A DNA stretch of 39,251 nucleotides from a bacterium (GTDB taxonomy: Bacteria > Hinthialibacterota > Hinthialibacteria > Hinthialibacterales > Hinthialibacteraceae), in the NCBI GenBank assembly GCA_963663405.2, contig CAXXSM010000086.1, positions 1 through 39,251 of the forward strand. Reading direction: 5' to 3'. A program made the position numbers and the translations under genes. The first letter of the stretch is position 1, and every line of letters begins with the position of its first letter. The notes beneath the pieces are model-generated. The model saw nothing but the letters and a program-made list of their open reading frames with translations. It was not told where the DNA came from and did not search any database. Shown here piece after piece: positions 9,901 to 22,249 of this stretch.

Positions 9901-11332
9901 TCACTCAAATATGAACCTATACCTATAGAGTCCGTATCATTTGCGCAGGTAGTGCAAGAAACAATACTTGCTGCATTCCTCAATACTTCCAGATACCCCT
10001 TGTGGACCAATGTTAACAAATACAGGATATCGTGCATTTTCATTATAAAAATCAGGTAGATAAGTCAAATGTATACGCAAACTACGAGACCAATATTCTA
10101 AGCTATAAAGTTCATTAACATATAAATATATTGCCCATTGATCATCCTCAGGAAGTCCAGTATCAGTTGTATCTCTTCAAACAGTTAACATAGTATACTT
10201 TTCTAAATACCAATTATATGTTACAGAAGGGCATTCTCTATATCCGTGACTATCATTTAAAAGATCAATAATTGGAGACGACCAGCCACCAATAGAATCT
10301 TCTGTATATCCATCATTATCGGGTGTAGGCAAAACACTTGGAAATGGCGTACGATTAGGATCAAAATATTTTTTCCATATCGGCTCTGACGGTGGAGATT
10401 CAGGATTGTAATCATATACAGCTTGCTTATTTGCTCTGGCGACACAAATAGCGGCATTTGTAGGACCACCACCTACATATCTTGCTAAGCATTTTTTTGC
10501 TGTATCTGTGTATGGATAAGGAATATTAACAGCTCTGACATAATCAAACAATCTATCAGATAAGTGTCTATCATAAAATAAGTATAAATAATCACCTCTT
10601 TCAATCACCCAAGGATGTCTTGCGCCTGGACCATGTTCTGCGAAGTTTTCATAATATTCTATAATTTGTTCATTAGTTTTTGTTGGAGTAGGTGTAGGAG
10701 GGGGTGTTATATCATTAGGTATTGTTGGAGGAATTAATCCATGCAAAGGTATTTCTTCACGATACTCTTCTTCTGAAACAAAACTTTCTATTATAGGGCC
10801 AGGATTACGATTTGGATTCGTTTTCCAGGTAGGATTTACAGAGGAATCCAAAACAGATGCGGGAACTTGTGTAATATTAATAGGCGCATTAGGCTCACTT
10901 CTCATATACCCTATTCTTGTGTAATTATTATGGTAACCAATAGATTGAACATGATCGATCCCGTACCATCGCCCTTCTTGATCATGGATATCTTCCGAAT
11001 GGAAAAACAAATGCAAAATCTCAGAATCATCTTCTTTTACTTCTTTGTGCGTAGAAAAAATCGACGCCATTCGCCCATACCAATCATTACCATCCGGTGT
11101 AATAGGCGTTGGGTTATCACCACTTACCGGTTGACGATATTTGACCATGAAAACCGGGAATGGCGTTCCCGATCCTGCGATATATGTCGCAGGGGGGGTC
11201 GTATTAGGAATTACGCGCACTACGCTGTCCTTGATATCGGAAATGTCATCACAAGCTAACCCGCTAACATTAGAGATCGCTATTGCAGCAGACATTTCTT
11301 TATAGACTTCTTTATTACCGAAACTAATATAA
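9901..11332 (-). pseudogene. Secreted beta-propeller-like protein, 3' part (split by IS, with two in-frame TGA)
   Basis: LHLFFHSED, YTRIGY, ARHPWVIERGDYLYLFY resemble five-bladed propeller glycosidase-like blades; frame continues past TGA 10177-10179 and 9937-9939 to TGA 9901-9903. Confidence 0.7.
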
Positions 11333-12942
11333 CTGGACAGTGCGAAGTTCGACTGCATTTTTAGCTGAACCTGCTCTACGCCGCTATAAGAAATTCCTCC
11401 ATTTTCTCGACAGCCATGTTTTCCGAGATGATTTTCTTGAGATTATGATCCGGGGGCGAATTCACGAGAAATTCAAACAGACTGGAACGCAAGGCATATG
11501 ACACGACTAACTCAGAGGGAGGATTTCCAGTCTTCATTGTTCGCAGCCAGCTGCGAAAGTTCGCCCAAACCTCTTTCCCATACATGAGCGACAAGTATTG
11601 CAGCAGACCTTGAGCGATACACCCCAGTTGAACGAATCGATGATACGCTTCCATCTTTCGCCTGACCGCCTCCCGATACTCAGCGGATTCCTTGTGCAGG
11701 TATTGGTTCCCAGTCTGCCGCCGGATTGCCTTCATCGCCTTCATCCAAAAGTGATACGCATAGGTCCCAATCCCATGAATCGCGCTGCGAAATCCGACTT
11801 CGATCTTGAACCGATACCCATACGTTTCAATCAGTTTCAAGGGATCCAAGGAACAATCCGTGCACATCAGAATCAGTTTGCCCCGTGTGGGATGAATCAC
11901 CCACACAAAACGAACCAGTCGTCCAATGGGCCGCCATAATAAATCTTCCACTCGATACCGAATCGGCGTCTTCGTTTCTCCATACACCGGGCTCAGCGCT
12001 TGGGTGAACTTCTCTGGCCGCTTAAAATAGTTCCGCAGTTGTATTTTCTTGCCATACTTCTTGGGGCGTCCACGCTGGGGGAGTTTCGGCGCCGCCGCCT
12101 TTTTGTACGCCACGGCATTCCTTCGAACCCGCGTGAGCAATTGATGCCCTTCATTTAATAACGGAAGGATCACCTTTCGGCTCGCATAATACGCATCCGC
12201 CACAAGAAGCGCTAACCGGGAATCGGTCGACACCGTTTCGACAAACAGCGCGGCCAGTTTATCCAGTAAACTGCGGCGGTCTCCCGGAAACCACACCACT
12301 CCCTCATGAATCCGGGACACCAATGGAATCGCCGCCACATGCCCTCCCGCCGCACAGACCAACACGGCAAGCGCCTGAAAGGAATGCCCCATAATATAGG
12401 ACGCTTTGGAGTTGTTCTCAGAGGGCTGATGGAGTTTTTTCACTCCCGGCATCTTCTTCCCTTCTTTCGCGACTTTCAGGCCGTCCGCCACGTAGACGTC
12501 ATATTCGCCCACTTGGAGAACCGGAAACAACCGATGAACCATTCGATGCCACAGTCGGGTTAAATAAAGCAAATCCAATCCGGTGCTGTAATTAAAAAAA
12601 TGAAAAAATCCTTTATACAATCCCGGTTCCAAGAACACGGCCCGGATAAAACTGGTCACTCCAGCGCATTCCGGCCGAATCGAAAAAGCGACGAGAACGA
12701 GCACGAGAAACATGTACGTCCGTTTGTAGGAACAAGCTCTTCTCAAATGGTGGACACAGCTATACCATAGACTCCATAATTTCATTGTTCTGTCCCTCAA
12801 TCCTAGGCAAATGGATTCTCCCAATCTGGAGAAAAACCGATACAATTATCAACTTATAGGATAGAGGGATTTTTTTTGTTCGCTCAACTTTTTTTCGATT
12901 TATAATCGAACCGTTTTCATAGTAAAACTTCGCACTCTCCAG
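11333..12942 (-). mobile_element. IS4/IS701-like element, 1610 bp, 8-bp target duplication
   Basis: IRs CTGGACAGTGCGAAGTT / AACTTCGCACTCTCCAG; TAATATAA at 11325-11332 and 12943-12950. Confidence 0.9.
11376..12785 (-). CDS. DDE transposase (IS4/IS701 superfamily)
   Basis: VADG, VADAYYA, GRPKKYG, YGYRFKIEVGFR motifs; probable ATG at 12785. Confidence 0.85.
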   Translation of the reverse strand: MKLWSLWYSCVHHLRRACSYKRTYMFLVLVLVAFSIRPECAGVTSFIRAVFLEPGLYKGFFHFFNYSTGLDLLYLTRLWHRMVHRLFPVLQVGEYDVYVADGLKVAKEGKKMPGVKKLHQPSENNSKASYIMGHSFQALAVLVCAAGGHVAAIPLVSRIHEGVVWFPGDRRSLLDKLAALFVETVSTDSRLALLVADAYYASRKVILPLLNEGHQLLTRVRRNAVAYKKAAAPKLPQRGRPKKYGKKIQLRNYFKRPEKFTQALSPVYGETKTPIRYRVEDLLWRPIGRLVRFVWVIHPTRGKLILMCTDCSLDPLKLIETYGYRFKIEVGFRSAIHGIGTYAYHFWMKAMKAIRRQTGNQYLHKESAEYREAVRRKMEAYHRFVQLGCIAQGLLQYLSLMYGKEVWANFRSWLRTMKTGNPPSELVVSYALRSSLFEFLVNSPPDHNLKKIISENMAVEKMEEFLIAA

Positions 12943-13678
12943 TAATATAAGAATACCACTTGTTGCCAACCTTCACAGCATTGATTGGATTATCGACTGG
13001 TATATCAAGAAAATCTGGATCTCCCGTTGGTGTAATCACAACCACAGTAGGAACAGGGGTAAACCGAGTCGGAGTCGCCGTCGGCGTTGGAGTATCAAAC
13101 GTCGGTGTCGGCGTTGGAGTGGCTAACGGCGGTGTTGGAGTCGGAGTGTTAGGCGATAGAAGAGTGAGTTCAAACTTCGGCCGAATAAACGAAATCCCCC
13201 AACCACTAAAACACTCGACTGGTGGTTTTGACGCGCCGTAATACATACCGTTGATTTCTATTGTATATTCTCCATAACCTTTTGGAAAAAAATTGAAAAA
13301 TCCTAGACTATTAAAAGTTTCTCTCTCTTCTGAAGTAATTAATTCGTCATTAGGCCCGATGACATTCCATCTCAAGTCCATCCCGAAAATAGGATTAAAG
13401 ACACAACTAAATTGATGATCTTCATCGGGTCCGGTTGTCGCTTCAAACGAAAATCGAAAGTTACAAAAATCCAGTCCCATACCAAAATCTTCAATCTCTA
13501 ACGGCGAAGAAAAAAATATATCTCCAATATACATCTCCAGCATCAAAGAATCGATGTCACTGCATCCACCGCACCAAAAGGGATCTGGTAGATCAGCGCC
13601 TACGATTTCAATTTCCCACAGACCAATGATTAGGATCGTGGCTGATATTACAAAAATTCTATGGTTTAATTTTATCAT
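12943..13678 (-). pseudogene. Secreted beta-propeller-like protein, 5' part
   Basis: ATG at 13678 with GGGAGA upstream, signal-like MIKLNHRIFVISATILIIG, PT linker; WYSYI joins SFGNKEV in frame after IS removal. Confidence 0.8.
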
Positions 13679-13731
13679 CGTTCTCTCCCAAGAATGGATA
13701 TTTCTTTTTCTCCCAGTTGATATTCGCCCCG

Positions 13732-15136
13732 TCAACCGTTCAGCCTGTCCAACGTTTCCCGGGCGGAGACTGCAAATATCGAGTCCGCGTAATACAACAC
13801 GATATAATGAAAATCCTCTATCGCCTCCTTGATACGGCCCAACCGGTAGGTAACGAGCGCCTCCCCGCCATAAACGGATGGCGGCGCTTTTATCCCTCAC
13901 CCGATAGTCGTAGTTGTATTTGGAATCGGAATATCCATCCAAGAAGATAGTGAAGGTTTCCTCCGCTTTTTTAAATTGTTCTGAGAAGAAGTAAGCGTAG
14001 CCCAGCAAACGATACGTCGTGCCGAAAATCGCGATATCTTTGGTATCCGCGAATTCCTCAAGAATCTGCAAACAGATTTTGATCGTTTCGGCTTCATTGT
14101 GGGGGCCGTTGTGATACGCTTCGGCGATCATCAGCGTGGCCCGGCCCCGGATATATTCGGACGCCTGAGGATACTTCGAGAGCAATGTCTTCCCTTGCTC
14201 GATGACGTCATCGAATTTCGCTTCACCCAGCCGCGCCAATCCCAGCGTCAACCCCTGCAAAAGGAGATAGGCGCGGGGGACGCGTTCGCTATTAGGAAAA
14301 TTTTTAATGAAAGATTCATAGGCTTCGATCGCTTTTTTCTTCTGATGGATCGGATGCCCGCGATTCGTAAGGTGATATTGGGTTGAGGCGAGATGGTACG
14401 CGGCGTCCTCGGCATATTCAGACTTAGGAGCATTCTCTACAATCCACTTGAATTGTTCCAAAGCGGAGTCGTAAGCGCTTCCTTCATTTTCTGTGGCTTC
14501 ATCGAAGGGTTCACGAACGCCTCTGATACGAGGAAAACGTGTTTTCGTTTCAAGCAATCCTTGGAGATAATAGAGTCTTCCCAGCGACATTCGGCCAAAC
14601 GCGGCTTCTTTGGTATCAGTGCTTCGTTCCGTAAGAGCGAGCCACTGCGGTTCGTGGGAACTCAGGAGATTAATGATCACCTCGGTGCTGGCGTCAGGCA
14701 GTTTTCCTCTCGCCACGGCGTCTTGAACGATCTCTTTCCCTGTTTCAAAAATCTCTTTTGTCTCCCGGGTGGATTCGATAACAGAACGATGATCAACAAG
14801 AGCCTTCTCATATAAAGTCGGTTTAACTTCTATGCCTTTCTCATGGGCCCAATCCTCATCCGTATCAACGGGAAGCACACCTTTCCATTGGTTTTTTTGA
14901 TTGCGCTTGCCATGAATTGGGGCCGCATCATGGAATCTTTCGTACCACCCAGATACAATGAGGTATTCGCCGTTTACAAGTGTTATTTCTTCTGTGGCGC
15001 CTTTTGCTTGCTCCGCTTCTTGCAGGCTTTTGTACACACCGTTGATACTGCGGTACAAAGTAATTTCTCTCGCATCAAGGCGTACAACAGAGATGAAGGA
15101 AAACGTTATCAAGCATATGAACAATGTTTTTCTCAT
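13732..15136 (-). pseudogene. Secreted TPR-repeat protein with a frameshift near 13862
   Basis: AGGAG RBS, signal peptide, TPR motifs; alternative frame gives a final TPR ALVTYRLGRIKEAIEDFHYIVLYYADSIFAVSARETLDRLNG* ending at 13732. Confidence 0.8.
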
Positions 15137-16209
15137 TGCAGGAACACTCCTTTTTTACGTATTAATCTTGGTTGAGTGGAATTGCGAAACATTCAAAAAC
15201 TTGAATGGAAGACAATCCCGTAAAAAATTCGATTCCTCTCAGATCGAACTCATCATACGAGTGATTCAGGTACACGTAATCTCCGGTTTTTGCAGCCGCC
15301 TGCGCCGTTGTAAACGATCCGATCGCCGGATCGGGATTCACATTCATAAGATTGGCGATGCACTCCTGGAACGCGGTTTGGGGGAAATTTTCCGCTGTAA
15401 AAATATCCCCTGTAGGAAGAGCTGTTGCAGTTGGTGTGGATGTCGGAGGTGATGTTCCTCCCTCGTAAGGAACCGCCGGCGTGGGAAATCCGGCGGTCCA
15501 TGCCGCTGTTCCTTTGATAACTCGAAATTCCTCAATATATCCGTTAAAAATGGTATAGTTCGAATTCGGTCGATCGCCCCCATCCAAAGCCCCCAACGTA
15601 ATTCCATTCGCATGCGATCGAAGTGGATTCGGAATCGTTAACGTCTCTTCTAAACTTCCATTTAGAAAATATCGAAGCGAAGAGCCGCTTTTCGTCACGG
15701 CGATATGATTCCAAGAATGTTGTGTAATGCTTGGATTGTTTGCAGAAGTATTAAATCCTGTTCCACTTGAATCATAAACGCGCACTCGTGGGACAAGACC
15801 ATCATCAATCTCTATCCATAAACTTCCTCCGCCTGAACCGTACGGATAATCACCAGGAATGTTCGAAACCACAAAACAATGATTCGCACTGGAAAAAGAA
15901 CAACGAACCCAAAAATCAATCGTGAAATCACTAGAAGTAAAGTTCAAGTTGATTGAATCATCCACTTCCAAATATTCACCTTGGATACCTGTGAAATAGA
16001 TGGATGATGTTCCAAAATAATCTACGTCGGTCTCATGGCGCACATTCCCATGCGTAGTGATCATGTGATGAGCTCCATAAGGAGATGAATCCCAAAAGAA
16101 CTGACTTCCATCTGTGTGACCTCCGGATTGAATCAACAGCTGCGCGTTAGAGGGAACCGTAGAACCACCCGTTGGAGTTGGCGTGGGAGTCGGGGTGGAA
16201 GATGACCCC

Positions 16210-17695
16210 GACTCGTAAGGAGCCGTCGGCGGGGTAAAAGAGGAGGTCCACGCCGCCGTTCCTTTGGTGATTCGAAGTTCCTCGATATAGCCTTGGAAAA
16301 TGGTGAAGTTAGGATTCACAACATAGCCATCATGCAACGCGCCTAATGTGAATCCATTGGAATGAGAGCGTACCGCGTTCGAATTGGTCCATGATTCTTC
16401 TAATGCCCCATTTAAAAAATAATAAAACGTATTTCCGCTTCGCGTTAAAGCGAGATGATTCCATGAATTTTGTGAAATGCTTGAACGGTTTTGCGCCGTC
16501 CAATGCTCCGAATCATATTCATCCCAAACCCGTATTCTTGGAACTAAAGCGCTCCCTCCATTATTATCCACTTCGATCCAAAGATTCCCCGTATACCCCG
16601 GAGAACTCTCCCAACCAAAATTGGATGCCACCACGGCATGATTGTTTCCGCTAGTCGTATAGTAAAACCAAAAATCCACGGTAAAATCACTTGTGCCAAA
16701 ATCCAAATCGGCTGAATCATCAACTTCCAAATAACTCCCCTGGCTGCCCGGGAAATAGATGGATGACGTTCCGAAATAAGCGATGTCCGTTTCATGATGC
16801 ACATTTCCATTCGTAGTAATTCCATGAGTGATTCCTAGGGAAGAGGTATCTAAGAAAACTTGGCTCCCATCCGGATCCCCCCCGGATTGAATCAACAGAT
16901 GCGCGTTATTATTCCCTCCTCCACCTCCTGGAGAGGTTGGCGTTGGTGTTGGTCCACTTTGCGTAGGAGTCGGTGTCGGGGACGACGAATCCCCATTATA
17001 TGGAGCCGTTGGTGGGGTGAAACTGGAGGTCCACGCCGCCGTTCCTTTGATGACTCGAAGTTCCTCTATATAACCCTGGAAAATGGTGAAGTTTGGATTC
17101 ACAACATAGCCATCATGCAACGCGCCTAGCGTGAATCCATTGGAATGAGAGCGTACCGCGTTCGAATTGGTCCACGATTCTTCTAATGCCCCATTTAAAA
17201 AATAATAGAACGTATTTCCGCTTCGTGTTAAAGCGAGATGATTCCATGAATTAATTGAAATGCTTGAACGGTTTTGCGCCGTCCAATGCTCCGAATCATA
17301 TTCATCCCAAACCCGTATTCTTGGAACTAAGGCGCTCCCTCCATTATTATCCACTTCGATCCAAAGATTCCCCGTATACCCCGGAGAACTCTCCCAACCA
17401 AAATTGGATGCCACCACGGCATGATTGTTTCCGCTAGTCGTATAGTAAAACCAAAAATCCACGGTAAAATCACTTGTGCCAAAATCCAAATCGGTTGAAT
17501 CATCCACTTCCAAATAACTCCCCTGGCTGCCCGGGAAATAGATAGATGACGTTCCGAAATAAGCGATGTCCGTTTCATGATGCGCATTCCCATTCGTAGT
17601 AATTCCATGCGTGGTCCCAAGGGAAGACGTATCTAAAAAAGACTGATTTCCATCCGGGTCCCCGCCGGATTGGATCAACAGGTGCGCGTTATTTG
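16210..17695 (-). repeat. Near-identical tandem duplication of a LamG domain, 783-nt period
   Basis: For example GAATTGGTCC at 16381 and 17164; a third, diverged copy lies at about 15460-16150. Confidence 0.9.
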
Positions 17696-18790
17696 ATCCG
17701 CTTACCGGTGTTGGAGTGGGGCCCCCAGGTGTCGGAGTCGGCGTTGAAGTAGGAGGTGTTCCAACTGAGTAATCAATCGTTATTTCGGCGACCTTAGTCG
17801 GATCATTATCATCGTACGGCCATGCAAGTACACGACACTGTTCGCTGTTCCAACCAACTTCGCCGTCTTTCCAGAATAGAACCATCGCATTATTGCTCTG
17901 CCAATTTGGATGGTTTACGATTTCCTGAACAACGTCTTTAATATCGGGACTGGTATTCCAATCATTCGATCTCCATGAAGGTGTCCAACTTACAGAATTT
18001 GATGTTCGGGGACGGCTTGTATAATCAGATTGCGTACTAAACGTATTCGCATTGTCAGAATCCTGACCTTCGATTCGAGTATCAGGATTAGAACCAATTT
18101 TGTTTTGTCCGTGTAATTTTAGATAGGCGCTATTTATCGTTGCCCCTTGAGCGATTTGAACAGTCGTAAATCGTACGCCAGTTTCAAAGTCATAACTCGA
18201 TGAGTTGTAATCTCCACAACTCAATTTAGTGGTTAAACGGAATTCTGCGGATTGATTGATACAATCATCCGTTCCAGTTGAAACTTGTTCCGTTATATCT
18301 GCGTCGATATATATCGGAAATGTCGCTTGCTTTAAATCCGAACGACTCACGCTATATTGCGAAATAATCCCTTGTTCGGTCATCCGCAGCCGGTTTTCGA
18401 TTTCAATCGATTGATTGTCTGGTTCAACACTATCCCAGGCTCTTGGCTTTTGCATCCAAAACATGTCTCGTTCCAAAGAATCCTTAAAACTAAACTTGCC
18501 TGGATTGACTTTCTCTTGCAGAACAAGAACACCTCGATTGGCCGAAAGCGTGTCATGAGGAACGCCCTTCTCCAAGCCAGCGGAATTTTGAAGATCGGAA
18601 GTCCACGCGAATTTCATCTCTATCGTCAATTTGATTCCAGTGCCGTCAATCGTTGGATCTGGTAATGCCGATGGAGAATCGACGACGACCACTTTATAAA
18701 ACCGGTCTGCGCCAAGCACGTATCGAAAATGGATACCTTTTCCGAACGCGTTTGGCCACGTGATCTCGGTTTTGGAGAGGTTTAATTCTG

Positions 18791-18818
18791 GAGACGCGTC
18801 GACGGAGACGCGTCGACG
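18791..18818. repeat. 14-bp tandem duplication causing frameshift
   Basis: GAGACGCGTCGACG x2. Confidence 0.95.
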
Positions 18819-19658
18819 GGACGCCCAACGGCCTGGCTCTCCCCTGCGTCGTTTTCGTAATACATTTCAAAAGGAGCCATTGTAATCCACTTACCGGCGC
18901 GTTGGAATTGAGCGGCGTATTTCAAACCATCCAGTTCCTGCCAGATCCGAATCTGATATCCGGCCTTCTCCATTTCCCAGTTCCAACTTTTACTCGATGT
19001 TTGAATTAAACTGAGATCGATCTCTTTATATTCTTCGGTCAAATCAAATGGATCGAGACGATAATGAATAGGAGCGACGGAGCCGACAACTCGATAGTTC
19101 TCTCCGCCCAAGTGGAATTTCTTAAAATTCCGCGTCCGTTCCCCTATTAACTCAATCTTTTGACAAAACACGCTGGAGCAGGGAATAAGGATAGAGAACA
19201 ATACAGCGATGAAAAAGATCTTTTTCATAATGAATCCCCCAAGACTATATCAGTAGTCATAAGATTCACTACGAATACGCCTTATTTCTTTGTAATATTC
19301 AGATTGTAATGATTTTTGCCGTAATCGATCTTTCCTTAGGTGTGAGTAAATCCATAGAAGTTTCTTCTACAGAAAAACCGATTAATTCTTGTCACACATT
19401 TGCATTGTGATCGTAAAAGAAGGGAAATAAAAATAGAACCGTTATTCTATATATAACATAACTATGGGTGCGTGTAAATAAGTTCAATGAATAATTATGA
19501 AAATTTATGGTTTCCTAATAATCCGGCATGTATCTTTATAAAAAGAAGAGAGAGATATAACAATTGTTGACCAATTTAGTCTTGATTTAGGCATATGATG
19601 GCCTAATCCCTCAAGTGGACAAGTTCTACCTTTTACCATCATCCCCGAAGGTATTTAG

Positions 19659-20228
19659 TTAGGTCATGTCTTGCCTGTGTTGAGAAACGATCCGTGAAAT
19701 CGTGGCCTCGCTGACATCATAGAGCCGTGCCATTTGCGCTCCAGATTTCCTTCCCGAGAGAATATTCTCCGCAACATCTTTACGTTGATCTGGACGAAGT
19801 TTGGGTTTTCGACCACCAATGCGGCCTTCTTTACGAGCGGCATCCAGCCCAGCCTTGGTGCGTTCGCGGATCATTTCACGTTCAAATTCTGCAAAGTAAC
19901 CCACCATTTGCATCATCATCCGGCCTGCTGGGATTGTGGTATCTATGGATTCGGTCAGGCTCTTGAATCCGGCTCCAGCGTTGCTGATACATTCCATAAT
20001 AGCAAGGAGGTCTTTCAGTGAACGTGAAAGACGGTCGAGTTTCCAGACAACAACAACATCACCTTTTCTGAGTTGCCCAAGCATTTCATGTAGTTTGGAT
20101 CTATCCCAACGGCCTCCCGAAGCCGTTTCATGAAAGATCTTCTCGACCTTTGCCTTTTTGAATGCTTGGACTTGCAACTTGGAATTCTGGTCGTCTCCTT
20201 TTGAGATGCGGCTGTACCCAAATATCAT
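19659..20228 (-). CDS. tnpR: Serine resolvase (Tn3 TnpR-like), intact
   Basis: GYSRIS catalytic motif, VWKLDRLSRS, C-terminal HTH. Confidence 0.9.
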   Translation of the reverse strand: MIFGYSRISKGDDQNSKLQVQAFKKAKVEKIFHETASGGRWDRSKLHEMLGQLRKGDVVVVWKLDRLSRSLKDLLAIMECISNAGAGFKSLTESIDTTIPAGRMMMQMVGYFAEFEREMIRERTKAGLDAARKEGRIGGRKPKLRPDQRKDVAENILSGRKSGAQMARLYDVSEATISRIVSQHRQDMT

Positions 20229-20385
20229 GTTTTTATTCCTTCAAAAACGTTCGTTTATACAAGGATTCCCCACACCCCAAAAACCCCACATTTTCCCCTT
20301 GCATAACCCTCTTTCATAACCAAATCGAATAGTAATCCTTTTTGAAAGGAAAGAAAGAGCATCAACTACTTCAAGAATGTGACTC

Positions 20386-20428
20386 ATTAGCGTACATTTA
20401 CGGGTGAATGTGCACAGTATTCATCCCC
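20386..20428 (-). mobile_element. Probable Tn3-family terminal repeat upstream of res/tnpR
   Basis: Minus strand GGGGATGAATACTGTGCACATTCACCCGTAAATGTACGCTAA has the GGGG...TACGCTAA pattern. Confidence 0.5.
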
Positions 20429-20794
20429 TCCAAAAATCTATTTAGATCTCTTCCGGATTGAATACGATTGGTCTCTATACAAGTGAGGTCAATACGATTG
20501 AAAAACTCAATTCTCAGGCGAGCGCCGTATTTTAGATTTTGATTGATGGATTGAAAAAACCTGGAGACGCCAAGAATATCTACATTGCCGACGGCGCATT
20601 CATGGTCGTTCCCGTTCACACGTTGATTTTGTTTGTAGAAACGAACTTAGCCTTATTTTTCCGTTAAACACCATTTATTCAGAACAGGAATGTCATGCAG
20701 AATCAGGATAAGATTTTAAAAATGGAAAAATTAATTCAATTCTAAGAGAATGAATTTTTCATCATTCGGAACTGTTTCAGGATTTCTACTGCGA

Positions 20795-21390
20795 TTAGAA
20801 CTCATAAAATTCAGGAGTGGAATTCTCTGGAATGGTGATGAAGAGGTCGCCCGCGCTGTTCATTCCGTTTGTTGGATCGAAGACAAGTTGTTTTGATTGG
20901 ATACTGAAAGATGGCGTTTTTTCCATGAATAAATTGGGCCCACGGCTGACGATTACGCATCCTTTTTTATTGCCCCCACGGAATAAAAATTGATCGTTGA
21001 GTTCTTCTTTTGAGGAAGCGACAAGGAAGTATCCGTCCTCGTATCGATCTGGAAAAGGATCAAGGAAAAGATCTGTCCCAAATCCTTTGATAAAGAGAAA
21101 TAAAAGAAATTATACGCGTTAAATGCGCTTGTCCATTCAATAGAACCATCTCCCCATGTAGGAGGAGGAATAAATACGAGATCTTCTGGGTAGCGTTGAT
21201 TTGTCGTATAGAATTCGATATACCGCTGTGAGAGAACGTGACATTTCGAATGCAATTGAGCGATTTTGGCGCGGAATACAATGTGATGATAGGAAGCAAT
21301 CGTTATCAGACTCAAAATCGAAAGAATTGAGATCGAGATAATGAGTTCAGGTAGAGTGAAGGATGATTTACCGCCAAATAAATCACGCAT
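20795..21390 (-). pseudogene. Prepilin/pseudopilin-type protein, frameshifted near 21085-21110
   Basis: FTLPELIISISILSIL N-terminus; second frame continues DPF...IVSRGPN...FDPTNGMNSAGDL to TAA at 20795. Confidence 0.75.
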
Positions 21391-21494
21391 CTGAATGATT
21401 TCGCTAAATTATTATACTTATCCACCCAGCGATGTATCATTTTTCACTCTATCGAATCACAGATACTTTTGTCAAGAGAGATATAACCATCCTC

Positions 21495-22249
21495 TCATTT
21501 TTTCGATCTTCTCAAGACCTGAGTCCAAGGAATGCTTCCTGACTCAGTCCACCAGACTTTTTGGTTCATGAATTGGTCTCGCTTCATGCATTGGTTGCGA
21601 TCAATAGTGAATGACTCTCCAGATTGAATTTCTTTCCGATATGATTGAGTTAGAACTTGTACTCTTCCCTCGAATACGTCCAAAAATATTTTCTGATTTT
21701 CAAGCACAATACAATATTCCGTTCCCAATGCTTGGACATCCGCAATCGATGTTCTGATCATCCATTCTGGTTCAGTATCATCCGTGTGCATATACTGCGC
21801 TCGGCCTCCTATCAATCGAATGCGCTGATTCTCTTCATGCTGATCGTTGTATTTCGATCGAGAATTATGGCGGTCTCTTGATTCAGTTGCGCATACATTT
21901 GATTGTTCAGAGTGGCGAGTACGCTATGGACAGGTAATTTGAATTCATTGGCGCCGGCGATCTGTTCTTTGTCATCGATATGAATAACTCCTTGTCCGTG
22001 TATTATCTTCATTCTTAGACTTGATTGTGGCGCATAGAAGCAATAAATAGTAATCGCTAAAAGAATGAAGATCGAAACGGAAACAGTAATGGGCGCCGCT
22101 CGCCAGGAAAAACGCGGTTTCGATTCAATGGTATAAATGGAACGTAGAATTCTGAACTCCAAATTCTGTGTTGGGATCAGAGATTGTATTTCATTTGAAA
22201 CTTCATCCATCAAAGAATCTACGACGGAATCGTTTATGTTTTTATTCAT
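21495..22249 (-). pseudogene. FecR-like anti-sigma factor, frameshifted near 21840
   Basis: TM helix then FecR-like ILDRNTTIS | IRLIGGRA...IRTSIADVQALGTEY...LDVFEGRVQV, split over two frames; overlaps sigma factor end. Confidence 0.75.

Larger units (their letters stand above)
15162..19228 (-). pseudogene. Large secreted protein with three LamG/concanavalin-like domains, frameshifted by a 14-bp duplication
   Basis: Signal peptide at 19228; removing one GAGACGCGTCGACG copy joins both ORFs (about 1350 aa); DFTVDFW, WNHLALTRSG, GYIEELR LamG motifs; LRR-cap-like C-terminus. Confidence 0.85.

Noticed and set aside
9901-10179. Alternative genetic code or selenocysteine
   Set aside because: TGA is a normal stop elsewhere (3701-3703, 37298-37300) and the gene is already IS-disrupted.
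13040-13150. Short GTTGGAGT-type repeats as CRISPR or satellite
   Set aside because: They encode Pro-Thr linkers; no repeat-spacer structure.
12917-15136. Single 739-aa ORF
   Set aside because: Composite of a frameshifted TPR gene, intergenic DNA, the next gene's 5' part and an IS end.
16210-17695. DGR template/variable repeat pair
   Set aside because: No reverse transcriptase; both copies lie in one reading frame, are domain-sized, and differences are not adenine-specific.
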